54,888 nucleotides of DNA from a virus. Taxonomy: Duplodnaviria > Caudoviricetes. The stretch is taken from positions 1 through 54,888 of IMG/VR virus record IMGVR_UViG_3300033143_002805, one strand, 5' to 3'. The position numbers were made by a program, and so were the translations under genes. Shown here one piece after another: positions 18,960 to 28,361 of this stretch (the first letter of the stretch is position 1; each line of letters begins with the position of its first letter). The notes below the pieces were generated by a model, which saw nothing but the letters and a program-made list of their open reading frames with translations, made no database searches and was not told where the DNA came from.

Positions 18960-18993
18960 ATTCGCTAATCATTCTATTAATTCGCTAATCATT
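18960..18993. repeat. 14-bp direct repeat ATTCGCTAATCATT x2, 20-bp period
   Basis: Exact copies at 18960-18973 and 18980-18993. Confidence 0.9.
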
Positions 18994-19018
18994 AGTGTAG
19001 TACTTGCTGGAGAAATTA

Positions 19019-19681
19019 ATGAATGAATACGATCCTAAACTATTCGTACATCCACGATGGCAAAAGTTTTATGACCAAGGTCTTAGGACTTGTGAAGGTA
19101 AGTCTGCACCGCACTTCGCGGAAGCAAATACCCTGCTACTCACCACCCATACACAACTAGGACATAGAAGCTCTCTCTCAATACTAGAATTTGGATCAAA
19201 TACTGGCTCGTTATGCTACGAAATCATGCACAAGCATAAAGATCACATTAAAAGTTATACATTAGTCGATGAAGACAAGCTGCTGAGTCAGGCAATACCA
19301 AAACTAAGACGTCATAAAACCAAGTTGAAATTTTGCAACATACCAGATACAAACGATTGTCTAGGTCAACCTTATAACCTGTTGATTGCGTTTGGGTGCA
19401 TAGAAGAAACAACTGATCACTTTAGGGATTTCCTGTACAATAGGATTTTTCCTAATGTGGAAGAGATCTTTCTGGTCATTGGCCAGAATGACGACCCGAC
19501 ATGTTGGGGTAAGAATTTCGATGACAAATTACTTTATAAGGTTTTTAACGACAATTTTGAGCAGGTAGATGAGCCTGCTCTGGTAGGATACATGGGTAAG
19601 CATAGGTGTATCTATCATCACCATGCAGTAGGAAATAAGACGTTACTTAATAATCAAGAATGGATAGAGCATTATGCCTGA
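19019..19681 (+). CDS. SAM-dependent methyltransferase-like protein
   Basis: SILEFGSNTG motif I, YTLVD acidic strand end. Confidence 0.55.
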   Translation: MNEYDPKLFVHPRWQKFYDQGLRTCEGKSAPHFAEANTLLLTTHTQLGHRSSLSILEFGSNTGSLCYEIMHKHKDHIKSYTLVDEDKLLSQAIPKLRRHKTKLKFCNIPDTNDCLGQPYNLLIAFGCIEETTDHFRDFLYNRIFPNVEEIFLVIGQNDDPTCWGKNFDDKLLYKVFNDNFEQVDEPALVGYMGKHRCIYHHHAVGNKTLLNNQEWIEHYA

Positions 19682-20072
19682 GTATAGTTTTAAGTGTGAT
19701 AAATGTGATACGGCCTTTGGAAAGATATGGTCTATGAGCGATTACGAGCAGAAAATACAAAATGTAAGATGCCCCTGCTGTCGTGCCTGTCGAGTTTATC
19801 GCGACTACGGCGAAGACGCGGTAATTACTAACTACATTAAGGGACTCCATGAAGTAAGTACTATTGGAGAGTATGCAGATAAACAAACAAAAAAATATGG
19901 TAAGGATAAATGCGAAAAAATGGTTCACGATTTTAGTGCATACCGTCGCAATAAAGATGGTGGCATGAAAGAGCTGCCTTCGGGTATGACTCGAATGGAT
20001 AAGCCAGAAGATATGCCTAAGCCATTAACCAAGAAGGCAGCAAAAGCAAAAAGAAAGGGAAAGAGAACATGA
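19674..20072 (+). CDS. FmdB-family Zn-ribbon protein
   Basis: MPEYSFKCDKC..CPCC. Confidence 0.75.
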   Translation: MPEYSFKCDKCDTAFGKIWSMSDYEQKIQNVRCPCCRACRVYRDYGEDAVITNYIKGLHEVSTIGEYADKQTKKYGKDKCEKMVHDFSAYRRNKDGGMKELPSGMTRMDKPEDMPKPLTKKAAKAKRKGKRT

Positions 20073-20485
20073 GTCACTTTCACACAATCAAGAAAGACAA
20101 AGAAACCGACATAGACGAGCGTTCTGTTGAAATTTATACCTTTAAGGGTTCAGAGGACTTTTTAAATCGAGAAAGGTTTCCTCTGCTTTACCATCCCGAA
20201 CCCGAAGACGGAAAAGAGGTAGATATCTTTACTCTTTGGAATGCTTATGCTATAAAAGTTAACACCGGCACCCGCATCCGGTACTATGTAAAACGCGGAA
20301 AGTACGGTAAGCTATTCAATCCGATTGGCTTGTATAGTGAGGGCTCACAACGTAAACAACATCGCCATGCCGGTAAGCCCGCTTGGGAATTTAAAGAAGC
20401 CACTGAGAGAGTATTTACTCTCTACGCTAAGTTCTTACGCAGTAAGAATGCATCTTGGCTAAACAATGCAGAAAGGGAAACCTAA
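20069..20485 (+). CDS. Hypothetical protein
   Basis: ORF coupled to neighbours on both sides. Confidence 0.7.
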   Translation: MSHFHTIKKDKETDIDERSVEIYTFKGSEDFLNRERFPLLYHPEPEDGKEVDIFTLWNAYAIKVNTGTRIRYYVKRGKYGKLFNPIGLYSEGSQRKQHRHAGKPAWEFKEATERVFTLYAKFLRSKNASWLNNAERET

Positions 20486-20829
20486 TGAGCAAAAAAGGAC
20501 GACTAAATAAGTCAGAGAAGTATGTTATTGAGGGAATGTTTGAAGATGGCCACACTTTTGACGAGATAGCTACAGAGACTGGTCGTACTGCGGGCACTAT
20601 AGAAAACCATATCCGTTTGATTGCTGAGGCAGCCAACGGCGAAGACACTGAGGCCGAGAAACCAAAGCGTAAGGGACTCTTTATTCGCGAAACCATGCTC
20701 AAAAAGAACACGGGCGTAAGTATTATGACAGAAGCGGAGTCTTCTAGAGGTGAAATCCCGAAAACTCAAAGTAAAATTAAGAAAAGGTTTCGACCTACGA
20801 TTCATAAGATCGATGAAGATCGAGAGTAA
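20485..20829 (+). CDS. HTH DNA-binding protein
   Basis: GHTFDEIATETGRTAGTIENHI; TAATG coupling. Confidence 0.7.
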   Translation: MSKKGRLNKSEKYVIEGMFEDGHTFDEIATETGRTAGTIENHIRLIAEAANGEDTEAEKPKRKGLFIRETMLKKNTGVSIMTEAESSRGEIPKTQSKIKKRFRPTIHKIDEDRE

Positions 20830-21263
20830 TGGCAAAAGAACAGTCGGATTTAAGTCGCTATCCTTCTCGCTATGCCCCAAGGGGTTGGGTTCACGCTGGA
20901 CAATATGCAGCGGAACTTATTTGTGAGAAGTATGCCAAAACCAAAAACAAAGAACTCCCCCTGCGGTTTTGGGAGTTACCGGATTGGAAGAAGTACTATC
21001 AATATCAGGTCATACTTGCGAGTAGACTGATTAAGAAGTATGGAGAACATCCAGTGATAGCGGCTCTAAATGACAAGCGAACTTACAAGACGTATTCATT
21101 AAGAGGAGGCTGGTTCGTCAAGGTAGTAGAGGACTACCATACTAAGGCCGAGCTTGCTAAGAAGATTGCCCATAAAGTTTCTTATGATTTTTCAGAGAAG
21201 AAAACCTTTGAAAGCAATAACCAAAAGAAATCAGTAATCTCCAAGCTTAGGGACTTAGAATGA
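20829..21263 (+). CDS. Hypothetical protein
   Basis: ORF coupled to neighbours, upstream of the recA-like gene. Confidence 0.7.
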   Translation: MAKEQSDLSRYPSRYAPRGWVHAGQYAAELICEKYAKTKNKELPLRFWELPDWKKYYQYQVILASRLIKKYGEHPVIAALNDKRTYKTYSLRGGWFVKVVEDYHTKAELAKKIAHKVSYDFSEKKTFESNNQKKSVISKLRDLE

Positions 21264-23305
21264 GCAAAGGCGAATTTGCAAAAGACATAGTAAAAGAGTA
21301 TGGCGACGTCCTACATGATGCAGCGTATATCATTGACAATCCGCCAGCTATAATTCCGTTATCACCTAAATTAGACATAGCCTTGGGGGGCGGCGTTCCC
21401 GAAGGCTCTTTGTTTATTATGACTGGTCAAGAAAAAGTAGGAAAAGATCAGCCGTTAGATGCTATGGTGCATACTCCTGTCGGACCCAAGAAAATGGGCG
21501 ATATAAAAGTGGGAGACGAAGTATTGTCTCCTAGTTCTGATAGTGGTATAGCAAAAGTAGTAGGGGTCTTTCCACAAGGACTACAGGATGTTTATCGAGT
21601 TCATTTTTCAGACAGGACTTATACTGACTGCGGACTAAACCATTTATGGCATGTCGCCAACGAGCGATGGAAACAGTCTAAAGTTATTCCATTAAAAGAG
21701 ATCCTGTATGACTCTTTGTTTCGTAAAAACAAGCAGTACAAGACAGCAAAATATTCTGTTCCTATGGTACCCTGTGTCTACGCAACCCAGAAGGTTAGCA
21801 TGCATCCTTATTTGATGGGATGTTTAATTGGAGATGGAACATTAAAAAAGAAAACTGTTTGTATCACCAATATTGATCAAGAGCTACTTGATAGGATACG
21901 TGACATATTAGATCCAGCCTATGAGCTATACCAAGATAAGACTGATCCTATTACATATAGGATTACTCGATTAGATCGTAAATATTCTGCAAAACAAAAA
22001 CATAAATATCTTGAGATGTTAAGAACATATGACTTAGCGGGTGTCAAAAGTAAGTTCAAGTTTATTCCACCAGAATACAAATATAACTCTACGACGGTTA
22101 GATTTGCGATTGTTCGTGGACTTATGGATACCGATGGAACCGTAGATAAGAAAGGTAAGGTGTCTTTTTCAAGCTCGTCTTTGTTGCTGGCTGAAGATCT
22201 TGCAGAAGTAGTTAGGTCTCTAGGATATAAATGTAAACTATTTAAACGCTTTACCACATGCAATGGTAAAAAATTTAAGTCCTATTTATGTTATATCTCA
22301 GGGCCTCGTCTATCGGAATTATTTAAACTTACTAGAAAACGGGCGAGATGTAAGCCACGATCATATACCGCTCATAGAAAAATAGTAGACATAGAATATA
22401 TAGAGAAAAAGGAAACTCAATGTATTCAAATAGATAATCAAGGTGGACTTTACTTTACAGACTACCATATCGTTACACATAATACCGTTACTGCCCTGCA
22501 ATTCTGTAAGAATGCACAGAAGGCTAGACTAGAGGATGGTTCTCGACGTAAGATCGTCTACGGGAACATTGAAGGCCGACTTAAGAAAAGAGACTTAGAA
22601 GGAGTGTCTGGTCTCGACTTAGACCCTGACTACTTTCGTATTATAGGATCAACTAAGGGAAATATTCTATCCGGTGAAACGTATCTGTCTATCATTGATA
22701 ATATAGTCCACCAAATTCCCCATGCTGTAGCAGTGATTGATTCATTCTCGGCATTGGCATCAGAGAAAGAATTGACAGACGACATTAAAGATTCACAAGT
22801 AGCAGTCATGCAAAAATTTATCGCTAAGTTCACTCGTCGGTTTGCTAATGTCTTACCGATTAACCGCGTAACTCTTGTAGGTGTCACTCACATTATGGCA
22901 AACATTGGTGCTATCGGCCATGCTAAAAAGAGGGTGGAGAAATCCGGCTTTGCTTTAAAGTATGCACAGGACGTGAAGCTGTTTGCTACACACAAGAAGC
23001 CTATGATGCGTGGGGATCAACAAATTGGGCAAGAGATTCATTGGATCGTAGAAAACACCGCGACCAATACCCCTCCTGGCCAGAAGGTAATCAGCTATAT
23101 GAAATATGGTCGTGGCATCTGGGAAGAATACGAGCTTGCAGAAATAGCAAAAGACTTTGGTATCATCCAAGGTAAAAGCTGGTTTACCCTTCCAGGTACT
23201 GATAAAAAAATACAAGGCATGATTAATGTGGCAGCATATCTAGAAGAAGAGCCTTCTGCTTATGAAGACATTAACCAACAGGTACGAGAACTAACAGGAC
23301 TATGA
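21260..23305 (+). CDS. recA: RecA/UvsX-like recombinase containing an intein
   Basis: LDIALGGGVPEG, Walker A GQEKVGK|T interrupted by the intein, Walker B AVIDSFSAL, SGFALKY. Confidence 0.85.
   Translation: MSKGEFAKDIVKEYGDVLHDAAYIIDNPPAIIPLSPKLDIALGGGVPEGSLFIMTGQEKVGKDQPLDAMVHTPVGPKKMGDIKVGDEVLSPSSDSGIAKVVGVFPQGLQDVYRVHFSDRTYTDCGLNHLWHVANERWKQSKVIPLKEILYDSLFRKNKQYKTAKYSVPMVPCVYATQKVSMHPYLMGCLIGDGTLKKKTVCITNIDQELLDRIRDILDPAYELYQDKTDPITYRITRLDRKYSAKQKHKYLEMLRTYDLAGVKSKFKFIPPEYKYNSTTVRFAIVRGLMDTDGTVDKKGKVSFSSSSLLLAEDLAEVVRSLGYKCKLFKRFTTCNGKKFKSYLCYISGPRLSELFKLTRKRARCKPRSYTAHRKIVDIEYIEKKETQCIQIDNQGGLYFTDYHIVTHNTVTALQFCKNAQKARLEDGSRRKIVYGNIEGRLKKRDLEGVSGLDLDPDYFRIIGSTKGNILSGETYLSIIDNIVHQIPHAVAVIDSFSALASEKELTDDIKDSQVAVMQKFIAKFTRRFANVLPINRVTLVGVTHIMANIGAIGHAKKRVEKSGFALKYAQDVKLFATHKKPMMRGDQQIGQEIHWIVENTATNTPPGQKVISYMKYGRGIWEEYELAEIAKDFGIIQGKSWFTLPGTDKKIQGMINVAAYLEEEPSAYEDINQQVRELTGL
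21446..22483 (+). mobile_element. Class 3-type intein with LAGLIDADG endonuclease (346 aa)
   Basis: Starts DQPLDAMVHTP; block B HLW; GCLIGDG and GLMDTDG; block F TQCI; ends VTHN|T. Confidence 0.9.
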
Positions 23306-23712
23306 AAATCCGTGACTTAAACGGGGAGAAAGTAGACTGGAAACCGAATGGCCAGATTATCACAGCAAGCGATACACGCAGTCGGTCCCAATTACACCTA
23401 GTCGCCAGAAAACTTCTCTATGACCTCTTTCCTACCCTACCTATTCTTGAGGAGGTGGCTATCCCCATTCGCAGGGGAACAACTCAATACTTTGACTTCT
23501 TTCTTACAGGAGTCAAGGTGGCTGTCGAGGTACATGGACAACAACACTTCAAGTTCAATAGCCACTTCCACGCCTCAATGTCAGAATTTCTACGGCAACG
23601 CAATAGAGATGATGACAAGCGGGAATGGTGTGAAGTCAATAATATCACATTATTAGAATTGCCTTATAACGAAAAGATCGAAGAATGGACACAAACAATC
23701 CAGAGCAGGTGA
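23302..23712 (+). CDS. Vsr/DUF559-like PD-(D/E)xK endonuclease
   Basis: FDFF..AVEVHGQQHF..RD..K..WC. Confidence 0.75.
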   Translation: MKIRDLNGEKVDWKPNGQIITASDTRSRSQLHLVARKLLYDLFPTLPILEEVAIPIRRGTTQYFDFFLTGVKVAVEVHGQQHFKFNSHFHASMSEFLRQRNRDDDKREWCEVNNITLLELPYNEKIEEWTQTIQSR

Positions 23713-24182
23713 CCCCTAAAGGTCAAATGAACAAGGTAGAGGCAATACTCGATCAGTACGAACGAGCTATCGGCCTGCCCATATTTCAGGAAAATCAAGA
23801 AGACTCGGACGTACAGCGGTACATATCAATGGATCGCAACAGCATGGAAAAGCTAACGCTTGAAGACTGTGCTATAGCAGCGTTAGCACTCGGTGGATAT
23901 TCCTTTTACTTACAAAGAGCACTTAACCGTGAAAACGCCAGAGTTAATTGGGCGAGCACATTACTCAAGAAACTTGTGGCTGGCAAAGAGTCGCAATATA
24001 GCGGCTCATGGGACAGTCAATATCATCAAGTTATAAAAAATGATGATTACATGACGGGGATACTTTTAATCCAACAGTACGCACAACAGCGTGCGAACAG
24101 AGTTACCTATCTCGCTACATCAATAAAGAACATGAGCGATCTATACGTTAACTTACAGAAAGCAAAGGTAATGAAGGGATGA
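23685..24182 (+). CDS. Hypothetical helical protein
   Basis: ORF in the replication operon; coiled-coil character. Confidence 0.65.
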   Translation: MDTNNPEQVTPKGQMNKVEAILDQYERAIGLPIFQENQEDSDVQRYISMDRNSMEKLTLEDCAIAALALGGYSFYLQRALNRENARVNWASTLLKKLVAGKESQYSGSWDSQYHQVIKNDDYMTGILLIQQYAQQRANRVTYLATSIKNMSDLYVNLQKAKVMKG

Positions 24183-24733
24183 ACAGAAAAGAACGAATAG
24201 CAAAAATGCTAAGCCAAATGGACGGAGAGATGCTCGATAAGCTAGAGGAGGCCCTTAATATTGAGAACGAAGAAGAAAAAGCCCCTCCTGCCAAAGTCCA
24301 AAAAAATCGTCGTCGTGGAAGAGGTCACAAACGCCGCAATCTAGCAGAAGAAACGACAAATCTGGAAGAGGTTGAGGCTCAAACACCTCGCCGTAATCGA
24401 AGATCAAACAAAAGAAGCCAACCGCGTCGTACAATTACTCAGGGGAAGCAAATGAGACCGACTCCCCTTAATACTACTGGTCGTCGGAAGAATAAGTTCG
24501 ATGACTTTCTCGGCAACACTCGCCTGGATGCGTCAGAACAACAAGAGATGAAGGCGGCTGCTAAGTCCGATAAACAGAATAAGAAAAGATTACGATTTGA
24601 TAAGCGTGCTCCGGCAATGGTTGAGGTTAAATGTAGAGCTTGCCATGAAGAAGATGTAATTGCTGCTGGATTGGCACCGGCAGACCCTAAGAGATATAAA
24701 TGTAATGAATGTTCTGGGAGTGCATGTGGATGA
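24179..24733 (+). CDS. Basic protein with C-terminal Zn ribbon
   Basis: Arg/Lys-rich; CRAC..CNEC. Confidence 0.7.
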   Translation: MNRKERIAKMLSQMDGEMLDKLEEALNIENEEEKAPPAKVQKNRRRGRGHKRRNLAEETTNLEEVEAQTPRRNRRSNKRSQPRRTITQGKQMRPTPLNTTGRRKNKFDDFLGNTRLDASEQQEMKAAAKSDKQNKKRLRFDKRAPAMVEVKCRACHEEDVIAAGLAPADPKRYKCNECSGSACG

Positions 24734-26187
24734 TATTGTCTGACCCCGCTGCGGAACGTGCTGTGCTGGCAGGAATTTGTCGTTATGGTTCCGAAGCATA
24801 CTACGATATAGCTGATATGGTGAACGATACAACCTTTACGGTTGATTCTAACAGCATAGTTTACTCTTGCGTCAAGAAGCTGATGGAAGAGGATGATAGT
24901 AGAAAAATTGATATAGCCTCAATACTATCTGCGGCTAAAGAGCTGGGAGTCTCTGACTTCATTAATCAGAAGCAAGAAATAACCCATTTAAGTGCGATCT
25001 TTAAATTCCCTGTCCTACTAGACAATGTGCGTAGGTTTGCGGCCAAGATTCGCAAGCTACAAATCGCTCATATGTGGTATGATCGGCTAGAAGAAACAAA
25101 GGATAAATACCTACAAGTTAAAGGCGATGAAACTATCTCCCATATCTTGGGGATTGCAGAGGAAGCTATTTTTGACTTCTCTTCTCTTCTTAATGATAGC
25201 GGTGATAGTCCTGAAAAGGTGTTTGAACATATTGAGGAGTACTTAGATGATCTAAGTGAAAATCCCGTTGATCAAATAGGAATACCTACAGGATTTACCA
25301 AGTACGACTTCGCTATTGGAGGCGGTCTTCGTCGTGGTACGGTTAACGTTATCGGGGCACGTCCCAAGGTAGGAAAGACTTTAATGGCAGAGAATATAGG
25401 AGTCTTTATTGCCCAGCAAGGTATCCCTGTTCTAGACTTAGACACTGAAATGATGAAGAAGGACCACCAGGACCGTGGTATGGCTATGCTATCCTACGAT
25501 ACTGACCACAAGACTACTATTAATGAGATGGAAACTGGACAATTCTCTACTCAGAAACTCAAGGCTCAAAAGCTTAGGGAGTTAGGTAAGAAGAATAAGG
25601 ATATCCCGTACTACCATAAGAACGTGGGTGGTCGGGCCTTTGAAGATCAAATGTCTATTATGCGGCGTTGGATTGCCCGAACAGTTGGTCTTAACGATCA
25701 AGGCAAAGCTAACGACTGTGTGATTATTTATGACTATCTTAAGCTGATGGATGCGGCAGAGATCAAGGGAGATATGAAGGAGTTTCAGGTGCTCGGGTTC
25801 ATGATGACCACTCTCCACAACTTCGCCCTACGGTACGAGGTGCCCGTTTTAACATTCATCCAGTTGAACCGTGATGGAATTACAAAAGAGTCAACAGACA
25901 CTGCCAGCGGCTCTGACCGAGTAATCTGGTTGTGTTCTAACTTCACGATCTACAAGCAGAAGAGCGATGAAGAGATCGCTAAGGATGGAGAAGAGAATGG
26001 CAATCGCAAGATGGTGCCCGTGATTGCTAGGCATGGAGAAGGTCTTGAGGATGGTGACTATATCAACATTCTAATGAGAGGCAAATACGCTAAGCTAATC
26101 GAAGGCAAAACCGCTTACGAACTTAATGACGGTGGATCATACAATGAATCAGGATTCGAGGATGACGAAGAAGACGTGGAGTTCTAA
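24730..26187 (+). CDS. dnaB: Replicative DNA helicase
   Basis: AERAVL, GIPTGF, GARPKVGKT, IIYDYLKLM, QLNR. Confidence 0.93.
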   Translation: MILSDPAAERAVLAGICRYGSEAYYDIADMVNDTTFTVDSNSIVYSCVKKLMEEDDSRKIDIASILSAAKELGVSDFINQKQEITHLSAIFKFPVLLDNVRRFAAKIRKLQIAHMWYDRLEETKDKYLQVKGDETISHILGIAEEAIFDFSSLLNDSGDSPEKVFEHIEEYLDDLSENPVDQIGIPTGFTKYDFAIGGGLRRGTVNVIGARPKVGKTLMAENIGVFIAQQGIPVLDLDTEMMKKDHQDRGMAMLSYDTDHKTTINEMETGQFSTQKLKAQKLRELGKKNKDIPYYHKNVGGRAFEDQMSIMRRWIARTVGLNDQGKANDCVIIYDYLKLMDAAEIKGDMKEFQVLGFMMTTLHNFALRYEVPVLTFIQLNRDGITKESTDTASGSDRVIWLCSNFTIYKQKSDEEIAKDGEENGNRKMVPVIARHGEGLEDGDYINILMRGKYAKLIEGKTAYELNDGGSYNESGFEDDEEDVEF

Positions 26188-27304
26188 GTACAAGGATCAA
26201 GCGAAGCTTAACGGTCTGACCGCAACTGTTCTAGATAATATTGATGATATCTACGAGTACTTTGAGGTACGATACAAAACGGGAGAAAAACTTATCTTCT
26301 CCCCTTGCTTTATTCATGGCGGTGATAATAAATCAGCCCTGAATTTATATTATAACGCCGACTACAGGACACACTACAAGTGTCGTACTCACCAGTGTGA
26401 AAACCACTTTGGTACATCCCTGCTCAGCATGGTGCGAGGCGGGCTATCCCATATTCGTTACGGCTGGACAGTCCCAGGTGATAACGAAGTATCTTTTGAA
26501 GACACAGTTGACTTTCTGCTTGAACGTCTAGGTGTAACCTTCGCGGGACTTAAAGGAGAGACTCATAGGGCTGACCATCAAGACTTCTGTAGGCTAGTCA
26601 ATACCTTACAAGAAACAACTTCTCTTAGTGGTATAGTTACTAGAGATTACTATAGAGAAAACGTAGAGATTCCCTCTCAATATTACTTACAGCGAGACTA
26701 CTCAATAGAAGTGCTCGACGATTATGATGTTGGTACTTGTACAACATATGGCAAGTCCATGTTTAATCGGGCAATGGTACCCATATACAGCGATGACGGT
26801 ATACATATTGTAGGCTTTACCGGACGCAGTATCTTTGAAGCGTGCAAGAAATGTGCATCTTACCACGATCCCAAGAAAAAATGCTATCATTTTCCCAAAT
26901 GGAGGCACACAAAAGGCTTCGAAAAGGAAAAGTGCTTGTATAATTATTGGAAGGCGAAACCACACATTCTGGAGACGGGGGTGATTATCCTCGTAGAATC
27001 TCCTGGAAACGTGTGGCGTCTAGAAGAAGCTGGTATACATAACGCTGTTGCTTTATTTGGCACCATACTTAACGATCCGCAAAAATCTCTTATTGATGAA
27101 TCCGGTGCTCTCTCTATTATTGTACTGATGGACAACGACGACGCTGGTCAAAAGGCAGCAGAACGCATCACAGAACTATGTCAGAAAGCATATCGACTTT
27201 ACTTTCCAGACTTTAGCGGTAATGATATTGCAGAACTCAATACCGACTCTATAACTTCGGATATTTTACCCTGGATCAACCAAGCAAAGGAAACTTACAA
27301 ATGA
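26162..27304 (+). CDS. dnaG: DNA primase (Zn-binding + Toprim)
   Basis: CFIHGGDN..C....C, GFTGR, LVESP, MDNDDAGQKA. Confidence 0.88.
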   Translation: MTKKTWSSKYKDQAKLNGLTATVLDNIDDIYEYFEVRYKTGEKLIFSPCFIHGGDNKSALNLYYNADYRTHYKCRTHQCENHFGTSLLSMVRGGLSHIRYGWTVPGDNEVSFEDTVDFLLERLGVTFAGLKGETHRADHQDFCRLVNTLQETTSLSGIVTRDYYRENVEIPSQYYLQRDYSIEVLDDYDVGTCTTYGKSMFNRAMVPIYSDDGIHIVGFTGRSIFEACKKCASYHDPKKKCYHFPKWRHTKGFEKEKCLYNYWKAKPHILETGVIILVESPGNVWRLEEAGIHNAVALFGTILNDPQKSLIDESGALSIIVLMDNDDAGQKAAERITELCQKAYRLYFPDFSGNDIAELNTDSITSDILPWINQAKETYK

Positions 27305-27525
27305 GCGTTAAGCAGCATTCCGTGGACTATCTCAGAAACAAGGCTAAGGCAGATCAATCAGCAGCTCAGCTATCGCTAGAACTACTAATGGACCAGTCTG
27401 CTGGTATTGGAGATCATTCTACAGGCGATTTTCATAAGAACTTAGATCAGGCTCTAGACTTGTTACTGGATGCCGAAGACCGTCTAGAACTCCTTGATAA
27501 GTATTACAATAAAGAAGGTGAATAA
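27301..27525 (+). CDS. Hypothetical protein
   Basis: Small coupled ORF with a GIGDHS motif. Confidence 0.7.
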   Translation: MSVKQHSVDYLRNKAKADQSAAQLSLELLMDQSAGIGDHSTGDFHKNLDQALDLLLDAEDRLELLDKYYNKEGE

Positions 27526-28361
27526 TGACTCAGATCATCGGCTTTGCCGGAAAAAAACAGAGTGGCAAGAATACCAGTTGCAATTTCGTCATGATGATGA
27601 AGATGCGAGAGCGTGGTATTTCGAAGGCTATCAGGATTAACGAAAACACAGGAGAGCTAGAAGTACAGGAAGTATTTGACCAGAGCGTCCCTGGCATGGA
27701 GTGGTTCCCATTTCGTGAACCATATGTTAATCTTGAGGGTGTCTACCAATCGGTAGGTCCGTTCTGTAAAATCTATGCCTTAGCCGATTCTCTTAAGGGG
27801 ATAGCAATCAATGTTCTTGGCCTTCCAGAAGATAAGGTATATGGAACGGATGAGGACAAGCAGACTAAGACTCACTTGCTATGGGAGAATATGCCAGGGG
27901 TAATAACCCCGGAGATAGAGAGGGCCATCTTCAAACGAGCTCAGGGGAATATAGATCCAGCTCTATTAGGCTTGATTGTTCATGCCGCAGGCCAGATGAC
28001 GATACGTGACGTACTCCAGCATATGGGCACTGAAATCTTTCGTAAGATGTATGAGACTGTATGGTTTGATACTATGATGCGTAGGATTGAAGAAGATAAA
28101 CCAGAAATTGCCCTGGTCTGTGATGCTCGCTTTGACAATGAACTAATCCTGCTCAAAGAGAGCGGAGCCATAGTGATTGGGCTACGCAGAGATATCTTCC
28201 AATCCAAAGACACACACAGCAGTGAACAGATCAACTTTGATCTATGTAGTACCGTTCTTGAGAATGGAGAGCTAACCATTGACGAGCAATGCGAAGCGAT
28301 CTATGTCACACTTTGCGATTTTAAGTGTAAGAACATTCCTAAAATGATAGTGAGGGCCTAA
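27525..28361 (+). CDS. Deoxynucleoside monophosphate kinase
   Basis: IIGFAGKKQSGKNT, ADSLK, RDVLQHMGTE, DARFDNE, HSSE. Confidence 0.85.
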   Translation: MTQIIGFAGKKQSGKNTSCNFVMMMKMRERGISKAIRINENTGELEVQEVFDQSVPGMEWFPFREPYVNLEGVYQSVGPFCKIYALADSLKGIAINVLGLPEDKVYGTDEDKQTKTHLLWENMPGVITPEIERAIFKRAQGNIDPALLGLIVHAAGQMTIRDVLQHMGTEIFRKMYETVWFDTMMRRIEEDKPEIALVCDARFDNELILLKESGAIVIGLRRDIFQSKDTHSSEQINFDLCSTVLENGELTIDEQCEAIYVTLCDFKCKNIPKMIVRA

